A stretch of 64,000 nt of DNA from Longimicrobiales bacterium (lineage in GTDB: Bacteria > Gemmatimonadota > Gemmatimonadetes > Longimicrobiales > Gaopeijiaceae): positions 63,984-127,983 of the forward strand of contig CBDAON010000003.1 in assembly GCA_965198065.1 (NCBI GenBank). The letters run 5' to 3'. Under the pieces are notes generated by a model. The model was not told where the DNA came from. It made no database searches and was given only the letters and a program-made list of their open reading frames with translations. A program made the translations under genes and the position numbers. This document shows positions 61,969 to 64,000 of this stretch, one piece after another (positions within the stretch are counted from its first letter, which is position 1; each line of letters begins with the position of its first letter).

Positions 61969-62621
61969 CAGCAGCTCCCCCGGCCCAGTCTCCCGATCAG
62001 GAAGAGGACCCCTCCCGCCATGAGCGAGAGGAGAAGGGCCAGGACGTGAGCCTCCCCCAGGCGACCTCCCTGGACCGCGTCGTAGATGGCCGTGCTGGCC
62101 GTCTGGGTGCGGCTGGGGATGTTGCCCGCGACCATGAGCGTCGCCCCGAACTCTCCGATGGCGCGAGCGAAGCCGAGGGCGAAGCCGGTGAGGATCCCCC
62201 GCCAGGCGAGAGGCACCGTGACCGCGAGGAAGATCCCGAGCTCCCCCCAACCCAGCGTTCGGGCGGCCTCCTCGTACGTGCGCTCCACCTGTTCGAAGCC
62301 CCCCTGCGCGGCGCGGATCACGAACGGTAGGGCGGCCACGAAGGCAGCCACGACCGCCCCAGTCGGTGTGAACACGATCCGCCCCAGGCCCGCGCCCTCC
62401 CAGAGTCGTCCGACCGGGCCACTCCGCCCAACGACCAGGAGCAGGTAGTAGCCCAGCACCGTCGGCGGAAGCACCATGGGGAGAAGCACCAGGACGCTCA
62501 GGAGGTCCTTCCCGAGAAAGGCCCGACGCGCCAGCACCCACGCGAGGGGAACTCCCGCGCCGAGGGCGAGGAGCGTCGCCACGGAAGCCACCCGAAGGGA
62601 AAGAAACAGGGCGTCCGACAC
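61965..62621 (-). CDS. modB: molybdate ABC permease
   Basis: LPMVLPPTVLGY, ARAIGEFGATLMVAGNIP. Confidence 0.93.
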   Translation of the reverse strand: MSDALFLSLRVASVATLLALGAGVPLAWVLARRAFLGKDLLSVLVLLPMVLPPTVLGYYLLLVVGRSGPVGRLWEGAGLGRIVFTPTGAVVAAFVAALPFVIRAAQGGFEQVERTYEEAARTLGWGELGIFLAVTVPLAWRGILTGFALGFARAIGEFGATLMVAGNIPSRTQTASTAIYDAVQGGRLGEAHVLALLLSLMAGGVLFLIGRLGRGSCW

Positions 62622-62632
62622 GGGGTCGATCC

Positions 62633-63445
62633 CTATTGCGCAGCCGGAGAGCCGAAGCCGAATCGGGACAAGACTCGGACCCCGTCGGGGGAGGTGATGA
62701 GGTCGAGGAACGCCCGGGCGCTCGCCGGCTGCTCGCTTCCGGCAATCACGGCGGCCGACTGAACGACGGGGGCGTGGAGAGCCTCGTCCACCAAACGATG
62801 CTCCCAGCCCTGGTGCTCGAGGATGACCGACAGGGCCAGGACTCCCGCGTCGGCGTTACCCGTGAGGACGAACTGAGCGGCCTGCGCGATGTTCTCGGCG
62901 AAGACGACCCGTGGGGCCAGCTCGTCCCACAGGCGCGCCGCCTCGAGCGCCTCCCTGGCCGCCAGGCCGTAGGGCGCGGTCTCGGGGTTCGCGAGGGCCA
63001 CGACCGTGTACTGCGGGCCGACGAGCTCCGCGAGAGCGAGCGGCAGGCGCCGACCGGCCGGGACCACGAGGGCGATCCTTCCCCTCGCGTAGTCGCGCCG
63101 GGTGCCGGGCGCGATCCAACCCCCGGCCTCCAGCCGGTCCACGAAGTCCCGGTCTGCCGAGAGGAGCAAGTCCGCGGGAGCCCCGTTTTCGATCTGGGCG
63201 ACCAGGTTCCCCGAGGAGCCCAGCACGATGTCTACGCCCACGCCGGCCCGGCGCTCGAACTCGGCGGCGATCTCCGGAAGGGCGAACTGGAGGCTCGAGG
63301 CGGCCAGAACGAGGAGCCGCTCGTCCTCCGCATCGTCCGACCCGGAACAGCCTGCCGCGCACGCGACCACCATGCAGACAAGCGGTCGGACCCAGCGCCC
63401 TAACCACGGCCATTCGGGCGCCCATCGCCGGACTCGGTCGCTCAT
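62633..63445 (-). CDS. modA: molybdate-binding lipoprotein
   Basis: Lipobox AAGC, AASSL, GSSG..QIENGAPAD, ANPETAPYG. Confidence 0.92.
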   Translation of the reverse strand: MSDRVRRWAPEWPWLGRWVRPLVCMVVACAAGCSGSDDAEDERLLVLAASSLQFALPEIAAEFERRAGVGVDIVLGSSGNLVAQIENGAPADLLLSADRDFVDRLEAGGWIAPGTRRDYARGRIALVVPAGRRLPLALAELVGPQYTVVALANPETAPYGLAAREALEAARLWDELAPRVVFAENIAQAAQFVLTGNADAGVLALSVILEHQGWEHRLVDEALHAPVVQSAAVIAGSEQPASARAFLDLITSPDGVRVLSRFGFGSPAAQ

Positions 63446-63457
63446 CGCGGGCGCATG

Positions 63458-64000
63458 TCAGGCGGGAAGGCCCATCGGCTCCACGTCGTAGCCGCCGAGG
63501 GCCTCGACCTGCGCACGGAGCCCCGGAGACTCGAGCAGGTCCAGGAGAGCGACGACCCCGGGCTCGTGAAGGAGGTGGTCAGGAATGACGAGGTCGTAGC
63601 GCTCCTCCTCCAGCGGCACCCAGGCGAGGCCGAAGGCGTCGGCCGCAGCCCGGACCCCGATGCCCGCGTCTGCCGCGCCAGACGCCACACCTTGCGCCAC
63701 CGCCCAGTGGCCCAACGCGGCGCTGTCGTAACCGGTGATCGCCGACGTGGGAACGCCCTCGCCTGCGAGCGCTCGATCCAGGAGCGCGCGACTCCCCGAG
63801 CCCGGCTCACGGTTGAGGAGCCTGACGTCCGGCCTGGCGAGATCCGCGACTCCCTCGATTCGGAGTGGATTACCGGAGCGGAGCATGAGCCCTGTTTCCC
63901 ACACCACGAACCCGACGACGGTGGCCCGGAACGGGAGCCGCCGGCTCGCTTCGGCGCGTGTCACCGTCGCCCCGTCCTCGTCCTGGAGGTGGAAGCCGGC
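63458..64000 (-). CDS. PBP-superfamily molybdate-binding domain protein (likely regulator), partial at the window edge
   Basis: GNPLRIEGVADL, NREPGSGSRALLD, VASGAADAGIG, EERYDL, GGYD. Confidence 0.85.
   Translation of the reverse strand, partial: AGFHLQDEDGATVTRAEASRRLPFRATVVGFVVWETGLMLRSGNPLRIEGVADLARPDVRLLNREPGSGSRALLDRALAGEGVPTSAITGYDSAALGHWAVAQGVASGAADAGIGVRAAADAFGLAWVPLEEERYDLVIPDHLLHEPGVVALLDLLESPGLRAQVEALGGYDVEPMGLPA

Overview
GC-rich bacterial chromosome segment. Gene content suggests Gemmatimonadota (Longimicrobiales-like), and the surface-protein repertoire suggests a host- or sponge-associated lineage; both are inferences. The window has two parts. (1) 1-~16.5 kb is a lower-GC, heavily rearranged island of IS debris (IS3, IS481-, IS256- and IS5-like) and gene fragments (RsbW-type anti-sigma, ParA, AIM24, GDH, STAS). 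Nearly all its intact genes encode surface proteins: five Cys-pair-bearing outer-membrane beta-barrel genes (one exactly duplicated on a 1328-bp segment), a lipoprotein with three Ig/cadherin-like repeats fused to a serine hydrolase, and a Cys-rich lipoprotein. (2) ~16.5-64 kb is core genome: pfkA, GAF/HD-GYP plus MBL hydrolase, ECF sigma-ZAS-ParC-like topoisomerase, queE, proline dehydrogenase, a sigma54 activator-TPR-MoxR/DUF58/vWA (bat-like) operon, ABC exporter, GT2, queG, argG, an NrtS-triple-PAS kinase-receiver/TrxB module, uppP, speA, glyoxalase, GDPD and modABC. Several signalling genes carry frameshifts, an in-frame stop or deletions, which could reflect genome decay or read error. 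The best candidates for undescribed systems are the IS-embedded family of disulfide-loop beta-barrels and the NrtS/PAS-kinase/REC-TrxB module. No tRNA, rRNA or CRISPR array was seen.
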